From NCBI GenBank assembly GCA_051294905.1, contig CM119372.1:9984001-10048000 (forward strand): a DNA stretch of 64,000 bases. Reading direction: 5' to 3'. The notes below the pieces were generated by a model, which was not told the origin of the DNA, made no database searches, and was given only the letters and a program-made list of their open reading frames with translations. The stretch comes from Botryllus schlosseri. Taxonomy: Eukaryota. How positions within the stretch are numbered: position 1 is the first letter of the stretch; the number at the start of each line of letters is the position of its first letter. Positions 49,297-60,996 of this stretch are shown here, piece by piece. A program made the translations under genes and the position numbers.

Positions 49297-50654
49297 CAGG
49301 CCGTGTTATTTTTGGCATTTCAGGAGCCAGATGCCAAAACTGCCAAAAATAAAAATTTGAAAATGCCAAAAATAAGCAATTTTTGGCATATGCCAAAAAT
49401 AACACGGCCTGCCAAATAGTGTATTTCGTTCATGGTGTTGTGTTAACAGGACCGCGTTACAAGCGAGAATAGCGTTTGTGAAAGGCAGGTTTCTTAATCT
49501 GGGTCCAGCCCACCCATTAGGGATGAATGCATGGTGTCCTAAATGGTGTGGGCACAGCGAGATTGGATGGCTGACTGCATTTGGTTTACGTCATACTTTC
49601 CATTTGTCCAAAGGCAATTTTACGACCATTTTTGACCGGCTTGTCGAGCGCTAAATTTGATAAAACGGGTATCAATGAGAAGCTGCCGCAGTACTGATTA
49701 TTAAAATATAAATTATATTCTGCTCATGGAACTGGAACCTCCAAACTCAACCACGATTTTTGCATTGTGATCGAGTTGAACATTGTGACGCAACAAACTG
49801 TCTGGCTATTTATGAGCTGCATAGTCTCGTTTTGCCAGACACTCTTGTTGCGTCAATGTTCTTAAACAAGCTAACCTTCCCAGGACTCTTCCATGCGAGT
49901 CGGTAATATTAAAGCCACCTAAAGTGACAAAAGTCCTCTCAAAATATATCGGTAGACTGAAGGAGAAATGATAGTCGGGCTACTAAATAAAATGTGTTGA
50001 GAGACAACACAGGAAACTCCTGGAAAAGGATCGGGAAGAAAATTCTTTCCGCGATGAGATCGATGGCACTGGCGAAGTGATCTCTTTTCATGATGCATGG
50101 AAGCCGGTTCGGCCCTCCAAAGATTTTGAAGCTATGAAAACCTTTTGTGGATGACTGGCAACATTCTTTCCCTCAACGACTACTGTTGAAGCCGATATTT
50201 CCCAGATTCGCTGGGCGAGAAATGAATTTAGGAGAAACTTAGCTGACCTGAGTCTGGAAGCACTGTTACAGTGCAAACGATTTAAGTCTATTCAACAGCT
50301 GTAGCAATCAGCTGTTGAGCGTGTTTGTTTGGCTTTTCTTTCCTTTTTTTGCTTATTGGCACCGATTCCGATGGATACTGCACATTTTGTGGTTTCGTTT
50401 GATATTATTAACCTATGAAATCGTTAGGTTTTTTCTTCATTCTTATTGTTTGTTGGCACTGATTATACGTGGATGCTACACATTTGTGGTTTCTATTGAC
50501 AAACTGGCCCAAATAAAGCGTTTTTGTGACTAATTCGAGGCTGAAACTATCTATTTAGAGGACGATGCCAAAACTGCCAAAAATAAAAATCGAAAAATGC
50601 CAAAAATAAGTTATTTTGGGCAGTTTTGGCATATGCCAAAAATAACACGGCCTG
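49297..50654 (+). mobile_element. 1.36-kb non-autonomous hAT element, copy 2
   Basis: Highly similar to 46346-47696; different perfect TSD GTGATAGC (49289-49296, 50655-50662). Confidence 0.9.
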
Positions 50655-50684
50655 GTGATAGCCCTGTTCAAAGTGTGTTTTACT

Positions 50685-51959
50685 CAGAGGTGGTCAGTAA
50701 CGAAGTACTTCTACTTTTTGGAAGTACTCAAGTAGTTTTGCTCTACTTCTGGTACTTACTCAAGTAGATCTGATTTTCTCTACTTCTACTTCTACTTCGT
50801 AATATTTTGTGATCTACTTACTTACTTTTCGCTATTTTCAGTTTATCAAGTAGAAGTAGTTTAAGCCCTCAATACGAAAGGTAGCCTGAGGAATTTCGGG
50901 GCGGTTTTCACGGAGTACCAACATTTAATATTCATAAAAGTCAAATAAAGCCCAGAAATTTTGTTGCGCTTCGCGCACAGTACTTCTGGGGTGACAAGTA
51001 TGTTTTTACGAAATTATCAGTGAATATAATTTAGGTACCGGATTGCTTGGTTCCGCTCACATCGCATTGTCGCCCATATCGAATATTCCATCACAGTAAA
51101 TATGGCCGACCATAACGTTTGAAACTACCGTTTCGCAATCTAGCAATTACCTATCATATCGTAATCTAGCAGCCCATAACGTGTCCTGCTAATCTGGAAA
51201 ATCCGGCTTTTTTGTCGCTACACCTGTTTTAGCCGATCACCTTTGAAGCTTTATGGACAAAAGACATGAAATATATTTTCCACTTTTTAGAAGTGCTATT
51301 TGTATTTCACTTTCAATTCCGAATATCATACTGTGAGCTCTAATTACTTTCAGTTCTTTTCTCTGCAGAACATACATGTTGCAGCATAAAAGCAAGTGTA
51401 GTAATGCCTCTATTTTCCGAAAATAAAGCTACACTAAATATAAATTTTACGATCCACTATATTTGTTATTTACGCATACTAATCGCGCAAAGTGTTGAAA
51501 CCGTATCCGATACAACTTCTCCGTATTGCTCTTTGCCAAAGCTTGAGGCCTTAATAAGGGGTAGGGCGCCATGCCATGATGTTCTCTAAAACGAGGCCTT
51601 CTAGTAAGCAAAGGGTTAGTATTGCATTTTCATATCAATACTATAATTTGCATCCCATGATGCGAAAGAATGCTTATTCTGCCAAAAATTGATACCTCTA
51701 TAGGATGCATCAATACGAATCAAGCTCTCTGCACCTTCCGCATAGCTCAAATAGCAGCTTTTCCCAGTTCATGCCAACGAATTAAGACTGTTATCAAAAC
51801 TACTTACTTACTTGAGTAGATTTAAAGTCAGTCAATTCTACTTCTACTTTAAGTAGTTTTAGGTCGCTTATAGAAGAAGTACTTCTACTCGTACTTAAGT
51901 AGATATTTTCGTCGCTACTTCTACTTGAGTAGCTTTCTAGACTACTTTGACCACCTCTG
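50685..51959. mobile_element. hAT-type MITE with AGTAG/CTACTT subterminal repeats
   Basis: TIR CAGAGGTGGTCA / TGACCACCTCTG; inverted relative ending at approx. 63891; no TSD seen. Confidence 0.7.
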
Positions 51960-53145
51960 CTTCGAGCTCCCCCAATTGGGGTTTGGGTGCGGCAGTTATG
52001 GCCCTGGTAGATCGTATAACTCTTGTGTACATTATGGCCCTCCGCTGTTCCACTCACGTCGCGAAACCCAATGATCCAATCCCCGCTGTGTGAATGGGTT
52101 TTCGCTCCACTACCGTGGGGAATAATATAACCTTTCCGGACCAGCTTCAAACAATTCTTGGATGAGTGGGATACTACTGAGAAATGGAGAATGTATTTTT
52201 CATATGCAAGCTGTACAATGTACAGTACATAGTAGGCCTATGTCTTGTATCTACTGAAGTTGCGATGTCAAAACATTCAATCCAATTATACAAACTATTC
52301 ATGCGACTTATGGCCCACTATTTGACAACCCCTGGTCTTGGCAGTGGTGAGCCATTGCACGTCAAGGCAATACGAATGGTCATATCAACAAATTTATCCT
52401 CCGTGGAATGATGTTAACATCAATATCATGCTGCTGAGTTTAGACCGAACAACACCACGATGACACTCTCCGCGGTGAATAGGGTTACCATAAGTCCTCA
52501 TGTAGGAGGATTTGTCCTTGATTTTCAGGAAATCGAAATCATGAAATCTGCGGGTGGGTCTTTCGAGAGAAGGACAAAATGACCTTTATCTTTAGTAGTG
52601 ATGTATCAGATGTGTAGTTGGATGTGTATTTTGTTTGATTTTGGCTTATATGAATCAACGCAAAATCGGGATTCCAAGAAGGTTTGAAGTTTAGCGTAAG
52701 TGTTACGTTAAGAATCACCGCCTTCGAGCAATGTCTCTAGCTAATGCTATGTATGTGATGCGCAGGATTGCAGGAAGCATACAATTTTTTGTAGTACTAT
52801 TACCACGAGATTGGCAAAAATCGCACAGATCTCTCAATATGCTTACCATGTAAACTCGTTTCAGATGTTTTAGCTTTTAGACTCATTCAAGCAACCTACC
52901 ATCACGACCTATCTGATTAAACTGCGTTGAGTGTATCTGTGGGTGGGGAATTCACTAGCTGCCAATATTTTGGCAAAGCAGGTCCGTTCCTATGTAACAG
53001 GGGATATGCCATTATTAGATCGGTTTTGATTGGTTGGGATTATTGGGAAGTTCCACCAGACCTATAAAGTATGTATATATATCGAATAGAACGATTACAG
53101 AACGGAAGAAAAGTATATTGGTCCGGGAAACCAACAGATGTTTGG

Positions 53146-53413
53146 GGTTCGAGTCTCGGCTCTGCCATGTTTCTATGTGTCGGAGGCTTAACTGGGCTCC
53201 TCATCGCCGATCCCGCTGTAGTACAGCGCATTGAAAAGCCCAGACGAAGAGAGAGCCGAACTCATGAAAGAAGGCAGCAAATGAGCCGAAAAAAAAGACT
53301 GAAGTTCATGAAGACATGCCATTATGCGATTATGAAATTTACTGTGTGGGCGCAAATAACCACGAGTTGCAAGCGCCAATTATATGAGTTAATAAAAACA
53401 ACAACAACAACAA
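53146..53413 (+). mobile_element. 5'-truncated tRNA-derived SINE with (CAA)n tail
   Basis: Begins at B-box GGTTCGAGTC, ends AATAAAAA(CAA)n; perfect 14-bp TSD CAACAGATGTTTGG (53132-53145, 53414-53427); absent from the homologous site near 34135. Confidence 0.85.
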
Positions 53414-53856
53414 CAACAGATGTTTGGATATATTATAGAACGCTACGCGCGGAATAACAATATGTAGACTATAGTTTACAATCAGAGTTGGAATCAAATG
53501 CGTATCCATTAGCCAACATGAAATATTCAGGAAGAGCGACTGAAAACTTTGGGGCGAAATTTGATGAGGATAAGTTTTCGTTTCTCTTAAATCGCGAAAA
53601 AGTTGCACTCAATTTTAACAAAAGTTGCCGTAAAAAGTTCCATTCATAATTTGTTAGAATTATTAGGGTATGAGATACTCGAAAGGTTCCGCTGTCAGCT
53701 CTTGCAGAGCTGCCAAATTTGGTGCATTCCTTTTTCACGAACGGCCTGGCGAGACCACCTGAAATTACATCTTTGCCCGTACGCAGCAAGAAAATAACGC
53801 AATGCGATAATAGTTCTAAAGAGCTTCTTGGAGGTACAGAACTTCAATATACAAGA

Positions 53857-54026
53857 GAATAGTATATTCATATTGAAATGAACCCGAATATTTTCGGCTG
53901 ACACTCGTCAGCGGTAATCGTCAGCAACTAGTAGAGAATTGAAGATAACACACTGTATATCAACAACCGAAACGACGAGTGTCAGCCGAAAATATTCAGG
54001 TTCATTTCAATATGAATATACTATTC
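53857..54026. repeat. Inverted repeat, 53-bp arms with 1 mismatch, 64-nt spacer
   Basis: 53857-53909 vs 53974-54026; the left arm belongs to a dispersed repeat also at approx. 13850-13980 and 45070-45130. Confidence 0.8.
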
Positions 54027-54106
54027 AATTGAAAATAGTTCTCTGTAAAAAGCCAAACAGCAAGGAAATATGACCCGTAAGATAAGTCAAATACCACACC
54101 CCAAGC

Positions 54107-54265
54107 AGGCATGAGGTGATTACTTTATGAATGTAATCGATTGCGATTACGATTACTTCTGAATTTCGCGATTACGATTACGATTACGATTACAGCAAAA
54201 TCAGGAAGTAGTCGATTACGATTACGATTACATTGGAAAAGTAATCACGATTACTCAGGATTACA
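54107..54265. repeat. GATTAC hexamer array, probable MITE subterminus
   Basis: Tandem CGATTA/GATTAC units after CAGGCATG; analogous CAATTA array at approx. 62446-62612. Confidence 0.6.
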
Positions 54266-55982
54266 TTTATTTTGTTTCTTGAACTAATCTCAGAAGATAT
54301 ATTGGAAGACAATATAAGGATTGCGATGAAAACGCTTAATGCGATAAAAACTTTCTCTATAAATGCTGCGTCATTTGCTTGTTAAGTTATAAACCAACTT
54401 TACAGGGGACGATATATCGCACCCAATGATATGCATTCTTGCCAGGTGCGTAACCAACGCGCCCTAACCGGCGCGCCCCTAACTCCCTAATAGGGTGGGG
54501 ACTGTGGAGCGAGCTCAAAGAGGACTCAAAAGTATTTCGTAAACCAACAAATTAGAGAGTATTTTCGAGAGATTTAATTTACTTGAAAATGTTCTTCGAG
54601 CTTCGCGACTTAAATACCTATTGCAAGGGTTTCAAACTCAAATGTTCTCGCGGACCGATTTCCTACTTTATGATGGTGTCGCGGGCCGCAGAACCAATAA
54701 CAGGGGTATTCAATGTATTTCCAAGTAGGCCTTATTTGACGCGACCTTGCAGTGTGACATCTCACACACATCGTGAAAATGTGACTTACTATTATGATTT
54801 CACGCCTGGCACCAAAAAAATCATATTTTTAAATATTTGAATAAAATTGTTGCTGTATACTTGGCATAGTTTGTCAAAATACTTAGTTATAGACACCACG
54901 CGAGAGTTGAAATGCATCATGGCATCGCAAAAGCTGTCGCGTTATACTTCCTCAGCTGGCGGACATTTGGCGGGCCAGAATTATAGATAGAACGTTTTAG
55001 AATTTATCAAAGATTGATATGGTGTCAGAGTACAGCCTAATCCGGGTTTCTGGCATACTCCTGATAACTAGGCTATTGATCATGTCATTACCAGTCAAAT
55101 CAATTCAGCGTTATATTTACCTTCGTGTATTGGAACAGATCAATAACAACTTGACTATAATGATTAAAGTGCAATAGTAACAGAAATGTCCAATCAACGA
55201 ACAATCCATTGCTGCTACAGCTGTGGAGCGCACCATTACTTTACTCGCCACCTTCAATTGGCGATAATAACATGGATAAATAGACCCAAAATGACGGAGG
55301 ATGTACGTACATGACTACACATCAAGGGGCAGCACAGTGCAAATGGTTGCCATACCGACCTGATTAGATAGCTAAATACGTTACTCAGCGCAAGCTACGA
55401 CCTTTGATGTATTACTATTCCCCGTAACAATTTGATAGTTTATTGCGTCTGTGGCTGTACCAAGTCGCAGCGTTCCGAGTCACAAGTCCGTCTCTGTTTG
55501 TAACGTTTGACCCGACTCAACTCGAGCCATTTTTATGTTACGAATATCGTAGGCCCCGCCTGCATTTTGCCCTTTTAATCGTGTTCTGAGGAGCCAATAA
55601 CCATCAAATATCGTAATGCTGTGATGTGGGCGCTGCATGAGTTCAAAATTGACTGTTAACGCTACAAATCCGCTACGCGATTATTTACGTTGTTGTAATG
55701 CACTGACTAAACAAGTCAGTTAAACCAATCACATACCTCTTCACAGATTCCATATGCCGGTACAGATGCGGCGCTCGGAAACCACAGTTTGTCTAGTCAA
55801 GTTTAGGAATACGTCATTCCTTTTAGGAAACAAATTTATCGACGTCCACGCGGCCGTTTAACATCAGTTGTAATAGAGTTGTGAAGCACTCGGGGCCTGC
55901 TGTCGCATAACGCATGAATCCATTTTGTATGTACTACTGAGAAAAACGTATCAGTAAGGTGTATGGTGATTAATTTGGAAGA

Positions 55983-58900
55983 ATGTCATCTTATAACTCA
56001 TCCACCGCGATGCCGAAAAGTCGCGGATTTGAGACGTTGAACGAATCTTCAACACAGTAAGTATATACCCCATATACATTGATGGATTGTTGGGATCAAG
56101 TCAGTATCTCCGAACCGCATGTTACTTCGAGTGAATGCTAATTTTAACTCGGGCTAAGTCAATTCATCACAAAATCAATCAAGTCAAATCACGACATTTT
56201 CAAAATGATTCGAGTCAAGACAATTCATCAGTCGTCTGAGGTGATGCACCCATGCAGATTGCAAACAACAGGAGTTGAACCCGCCCGGATGCATATCGGC
56301 TATAGCAATGGACCGCGTCAAAATTGGTATCATGCGACGTAAAAACTACTAGGACAGTGGTTCTCAACCGGTTTTGCTTCGCCGTTTTTTATTTCATAAC
56401 TGATATAATCAGGGATCACATCAGCAGAATTGTCGTTCGTGATAATATATGTACTATATACAAATGCACTTCAATTGCTGCCTCTAAGCCAGGGTGCGAA
56501 ACTAAATTTGAGTCATGGGACAGAACAGTCATTTCATGTGAAAATGTTATCTCAAAATTCCGACCTTTGTGTTGCAGTGGAATGCTTCACTGTCAGTTAT
56601 TCTGAATCAGGGGGCCACGAAACTTGTTAACTTGTCACATGATTGACAGTATAATTTATGATTTTCTGAGCTACGCTAGATCATATGAAGCAGTTTTGTT
56701 TCATAACCGACAAAACCTCAGGCCTAACATCAGCAGAAAGGACGTTTAAGATGAAATATCGTATTGTGCAAACTCATGTCAATTTCCTGTAAGGAGTGTA
56801 AGCGATTTTGTCAACGATTCGGCCCACATTGTTGGTGCCGGCGGTTAAAAAGGTCGTTACTGTTTAAACTTACCGATATCGAGGTTTACGTAGCAGCTTA
56901 ACCAGCAGATGGTGACCGATCAGGGTAATTCCGGAATGTATAAATCATTTCAGGACTTGAAGCTGTTAGTCTCAGTTAGAGCCCGACCGATTATCGGCTC
57001 GCCGATAATATCGAGTCGATATCACGCTTGGAGAGAAATATCGGTATCGGCCATTGAAGGTAAAAAAAATATCGGCCTTTTTCGTGACGTCACAACATGG
57101 TGGCAGGGAGTCAGAGAAGTCGATAGAAGACGTGAGGGTGGTAAATTATAAAAATAAATGGCCCAAGCTGCATATAGTGCATGCTGCATAGAGGGCAGTA
57201 GGCGTTCCTATCTGAAAAATATTGTAGATAACTAATCACCGTTATGCCCCGCTGACTTCGCGGGAATCCCCCTGCAGTAATCAATCGATCACCAAAGACA
57301 GAGAGCAGCTGGGACCTGGATGGATAGTTGTCTGCAGAAGATTTCAATCAGTAAGAGAAATGAGAACTTCAATCATGCTGGACTGGCCCTCGTGATGATA
57401 GAGAAAAGCGTCGCGTCGAAACGTTTCTCTGAAGATAGTGCTATTGGTTCGGTACCAACAGAGCTAATTATACCAGTAATGTATGAAGTCGTATGACACT
57501 CTGACTGAGGGCTGAGACCTGCGGGGCCACCATGATAGGAAATATGCGAGCATAGAGGGAAAGAAAATCAAGCAAAGGTGGAGTAAAGCCAATAACAGAT
57601 CCGAACATTTTTGATTCCATGATGACATTGGCCAATTCTGACAAGAGAGCGTAAAATATTGATCAATTGATTGTTGAAATGCTGGTCATGGTCAAGGCCC
57701 AAGGGGGATGGGTGGAGCAGTTGCAGACATGGACAATTTGAGTTGTTTTCAACTTTCTCTTCAGCTATTTGTTGACGATGTGCTGAAGGCTCCAGGTGCT
57801 CTGCCAGAAGAATATCAATATTTGGTGAAACCATTGAAAGGAAAGATCCCCTGCAAGGGAGCGGTGGAACCGAAATGAAGAAAGATTTCCAATCCTTGCT
57901 GTGCCACTAGGTACCAAGTGAAAGACTGCTCACTGTGTTTAGTACTATATACATCATTTATGAAAGACCACAGAAGTTCACTCCTTGGAGAAAGCGCCGA
58001 GAAATTGTGCTTCGTGAACTGTAATCTGCAACTGCTGGATTGGTGCTTTTGATATATTTTTATAGCCCCTAGATCATTTATTTCATGTTCAAGCATATCA
58101 ATGGCTGTAAAGTTGTTGAAATAAATGCTCTGAGGTGTTAAATACGGGCCTTGAGCTAGATTCCATACATTTTGAATATCGGCTGAATATATCGAGGTTA
58201 TCGGTGGAGGTACTGGATATCGGTGTTATCGGTATCGGCTCAGAAATCCAATATCGGTCGGGCTCTAGTCTCAGTGCATAGAAAAGCAGGAAAGTAGTGT
58301 TCAACTGTAGCTTGAAAACGAAATCCTTAAGTATTTTCAAATTTGACCAAAGGGTTAGAAACCTTTTCATGGAACCCATTTTCTGCTGCGATTGATAATC
58401 GTTACGCGTTATTATTCCATTCGCCTTTACCTATATCTGTGGAAATTGGATTTTGTCTCGCCTGCAGGTCGAATCGAAAGTAGGGCTGAGCAAAATCGAG
58501 AACCTGAGTGATTCGATTCTGAACCACGGAATATGCTTCGAGTCGGGCCGAGTAATCGAGTATCAATCAGTATGACGCTATAACATAATGTAATATGTCA
58601 AAGTTCAAATTTGTACCTTTTCTGCGACCAAAAAGAATATAATGCCTGTTATCCATCACATTAAAGATACTTTCGGCCATGCACCGAGTTCATTGAACTT
58701 GGTGACAATGTTGTGGGATGATCATGGCTTCAGAAATGTGCTATTTCCAGTAGGGCTCGTAGCTTGTACTATATTGCCTCGTATGCTACGATACGGCCAA
58801 TCAAAGTTTGAAAGCTTCAACAGTGAAAATTAGTAACGAAGCTATAATAATGGTTGATAAATTAACTTTTAGTGGCGAGGAGCGTATAATTTCAGTTTTC

Positions 58901-60159
58901 GAAAAAAATCGTCTTTTACTACTCGACTCGAATCATTAAAATTAATACTCGGAGCAGATTCGAGTACTCGAATCTTTGTGACCAGCCCTAATCGACAGCT
59001 CGCTAGATGAGATGCCACTAGCGATTTCCAAAGCACGAACACATATTTCAAGACTTTCAACTGAAACGAAGCAGCCGAAATCCCAACGTTAATCCGCTTT
59101 GAAACAGAAAGGTATTCACAAATTTCACATAGGATGATGTTATTTTCAACTCAACAAAAGCACAACATATTATTCGATGACTTTCAAATTGACTACAATA
59201 TTTCACTCCGAGTCGCGAGTCATTTCATATTTCTCATATGTCGTGGCTGAGTCCATTAGTCATGTGATTACGCACTTGGTTGAATACACTGTCCTTCAAT
59301 GTTACGTCGATTTTCCCTGTCTCGAGGCAAGTCAAATCCTCAAAAAGAAGTGACCCGAGACACCAACACTGCTCTGATGTGAGCGTCTGTGGCAATACCC
59401 GACTATAGCTACAGAGATTAGGGTCAGTGCAAAACGAAGTAATATTCCTACCCGATTTTGCTGAAAGTCGTTGAAGTCAGGACTCTGATGAAGTACAGCA
59501 TATCGATGATTTTGGATGATCATTCTGCCTTATTTGTTGAGAAATATGATTCTTATTGAATCGATTCTGTCACGATTCGAACTGCCCATCTCTTGTCATT
59601 ACGTATTCAGATATTATAAGGTGGTGATTAACAATTCTCTCTGCTTTTAGACCTTACGAAAAACCGTTCGACGAAAGTGCAACATTGGTGACGGGGTATA
59701 TTTTATTAACCTTCATGTTACTTGGAATTGTTCTCAACGCAATAACTGTTGCTGTGATCATGAAATATGAAAAATTGAGGTACCAGTTACATTTATTTCT
59801 GTGGTTGTAGTGTGACTCTATATTATCGCATTTCAGAACGCTATTTTCCGTGTTTATAATCTCATTGTGCCTGTCGGATATGATATCAGCATTGATAAGT
59901 CCACTTTACTGGTATCACAGAACTCTTGGATTCGAGAAGTGGAATTTACCTGTAGTGTTGTGCAAGGTAGAACAAAATGACGTCTTTTTACCGACGCGAA
60001 TGTCATTTTATATTATATACATTATGACAGATCTACTGGGCATCTGACATAACGACTTCTTTTGCAACGGCTATGCACATAGTGGCATTCGGAGTCTTTC
60101 GTTTGATATCTATGTCGTGTCCACTTGCCACGGTAACACCGCAAACCGAGCTTGCTGTG
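55983..60159 (+). CDS. Class A orphan GPCR, paralog 3 (exons 1-4; remainder presumably beyond window end)
   Basis: Exons 55983-56056 (MSSYNSSTAMPKSRGFETLNESSTQ, phase 2, donor GTAAGT), 59651-59779 (PYEKPF..GIVLN), 59837-59966 (LCLSD..LCK), 60031-60159 (IYWASDITTSF..FRL). Exons 2-4 match the paralog lengths; exon 1 is inferred from phase, sequons and donor. No exon 5 seen before 64000. Confidence 0.85.
56977..58267 (+). mobile_element. Ac/ZBED-type hAT deletion derivative in paralog 3 intron 1
   Basis: TIR TAGAGCCCGACCGAT / ATCGGTCGGGCTCTA, perfect TSD GTCTCAGT, ATCGG repeats; dimerisation-domain relic NEERFPILA..PSERL..HRSSLLGESAEKLCFVNCNL at approx. 57845-58050. Confidence 0.88.
58481..58990. 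mobile_element. hAT MITE (TAGGGCTG family)
   Basis: TIR TAGGGCTG / CAGCCCTA, TSD ATCGAAAG/ATCGACAG; family copies at 60519-60996 and approx. 18712-19035. Confidence 0.82.
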
Positions 60160-60167
60160 GTAAGTTA

Positions 60168-60511
60168 TCATTCATTCATTCATTCATTCATTCATTCATT
60201 CATTCATTCATTCATTCATTCATTCATTCATTCATTCATTCATTCATTCATTCATTCATTCATTCATTCATTCATTCATTCATTCATTCATTCATTCATT
60301 CATTCATTCATCCATCCATTCATTCATCCATTCATTCATTCATTCATTCATTCATTCATTCATTCATTCATTCATTCATTCATTCATTCATTCATTCATT
60401 CATTCATTCATTTTTTCATTCATTCATTCATTCATTCATTCATTCATTCATCCATCCATTCATTCATCCATCCATTCATTCATTCATTCATTCATTCATT
60501 CATTCATTCAT
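60168..60511 (+). repeat. (TTCA)n / (CATT)n microsatellite, about 85 units, some CATC variants
   Basis: Directly visible; starts 8 nt after the exon 4 donor of paralog 3. Confidence 0.98.
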
Positions 60512-60518
60512 ACATACC

Positions 60519-60996
60519 TAGGGCTGGACAAAACTAGAGTACTTAAGTGATTCGATTCTAGTCACGTATTACGCTTCGAGTCGTGTCGAGTATTCAGGCA
60601 CCACTCATTATGACGTCACAACAGAATATGCACCTTTCATGCCCACCACAAAGAATATAATGCCTGTTATCCGTCACAGTAAAAATACTGCGGTATTGTT
60701 TTAGCCATACCGATTTCATCGCACTTCTTGACAATGTTGTTAGATGACCGTAACTGCGGATATGTGTTATTTCCAGTAATGTTCGTAGCTTTGTACGCTG
60801 TCTCGTATGCTGCGACGCGGCCGATCAAGGTTTCAAGGCTTCCTCAGAGGAGAATCGTATCAAAACTATAATTCTCGTTAGTAAATTAACTTTCAGTTGC
60901 GAGGAGCGTGTAATTTCAGTACTCGAAAAAAAATCGTCTTTTACTACTCGACTCGAATCATTAAAATTAATACTCGAATCATTGTGCCCAGCCCTA
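60519..60996. mobile_element. hAT MITE (TAGGGCTG family)
   Basis: Ends TAGGGCTGGACA / TGCCCAGCCCTA; homologous to 58481-58990. Confidence 0.8.

Noticed and set aside
46346..50654. LTR pair flanking a retroelement
   Set aside because: Each copy has its own TIRs and distinct 8-bp TSD; no TG..CA ends, PBS or gag/pol between them.
60073..60537. ORFs with HSFI repeats
   Set aside because: Read-through of exon 4 into the (TTCA)n microsatellite; the donor at 60160 matches the paralogs.
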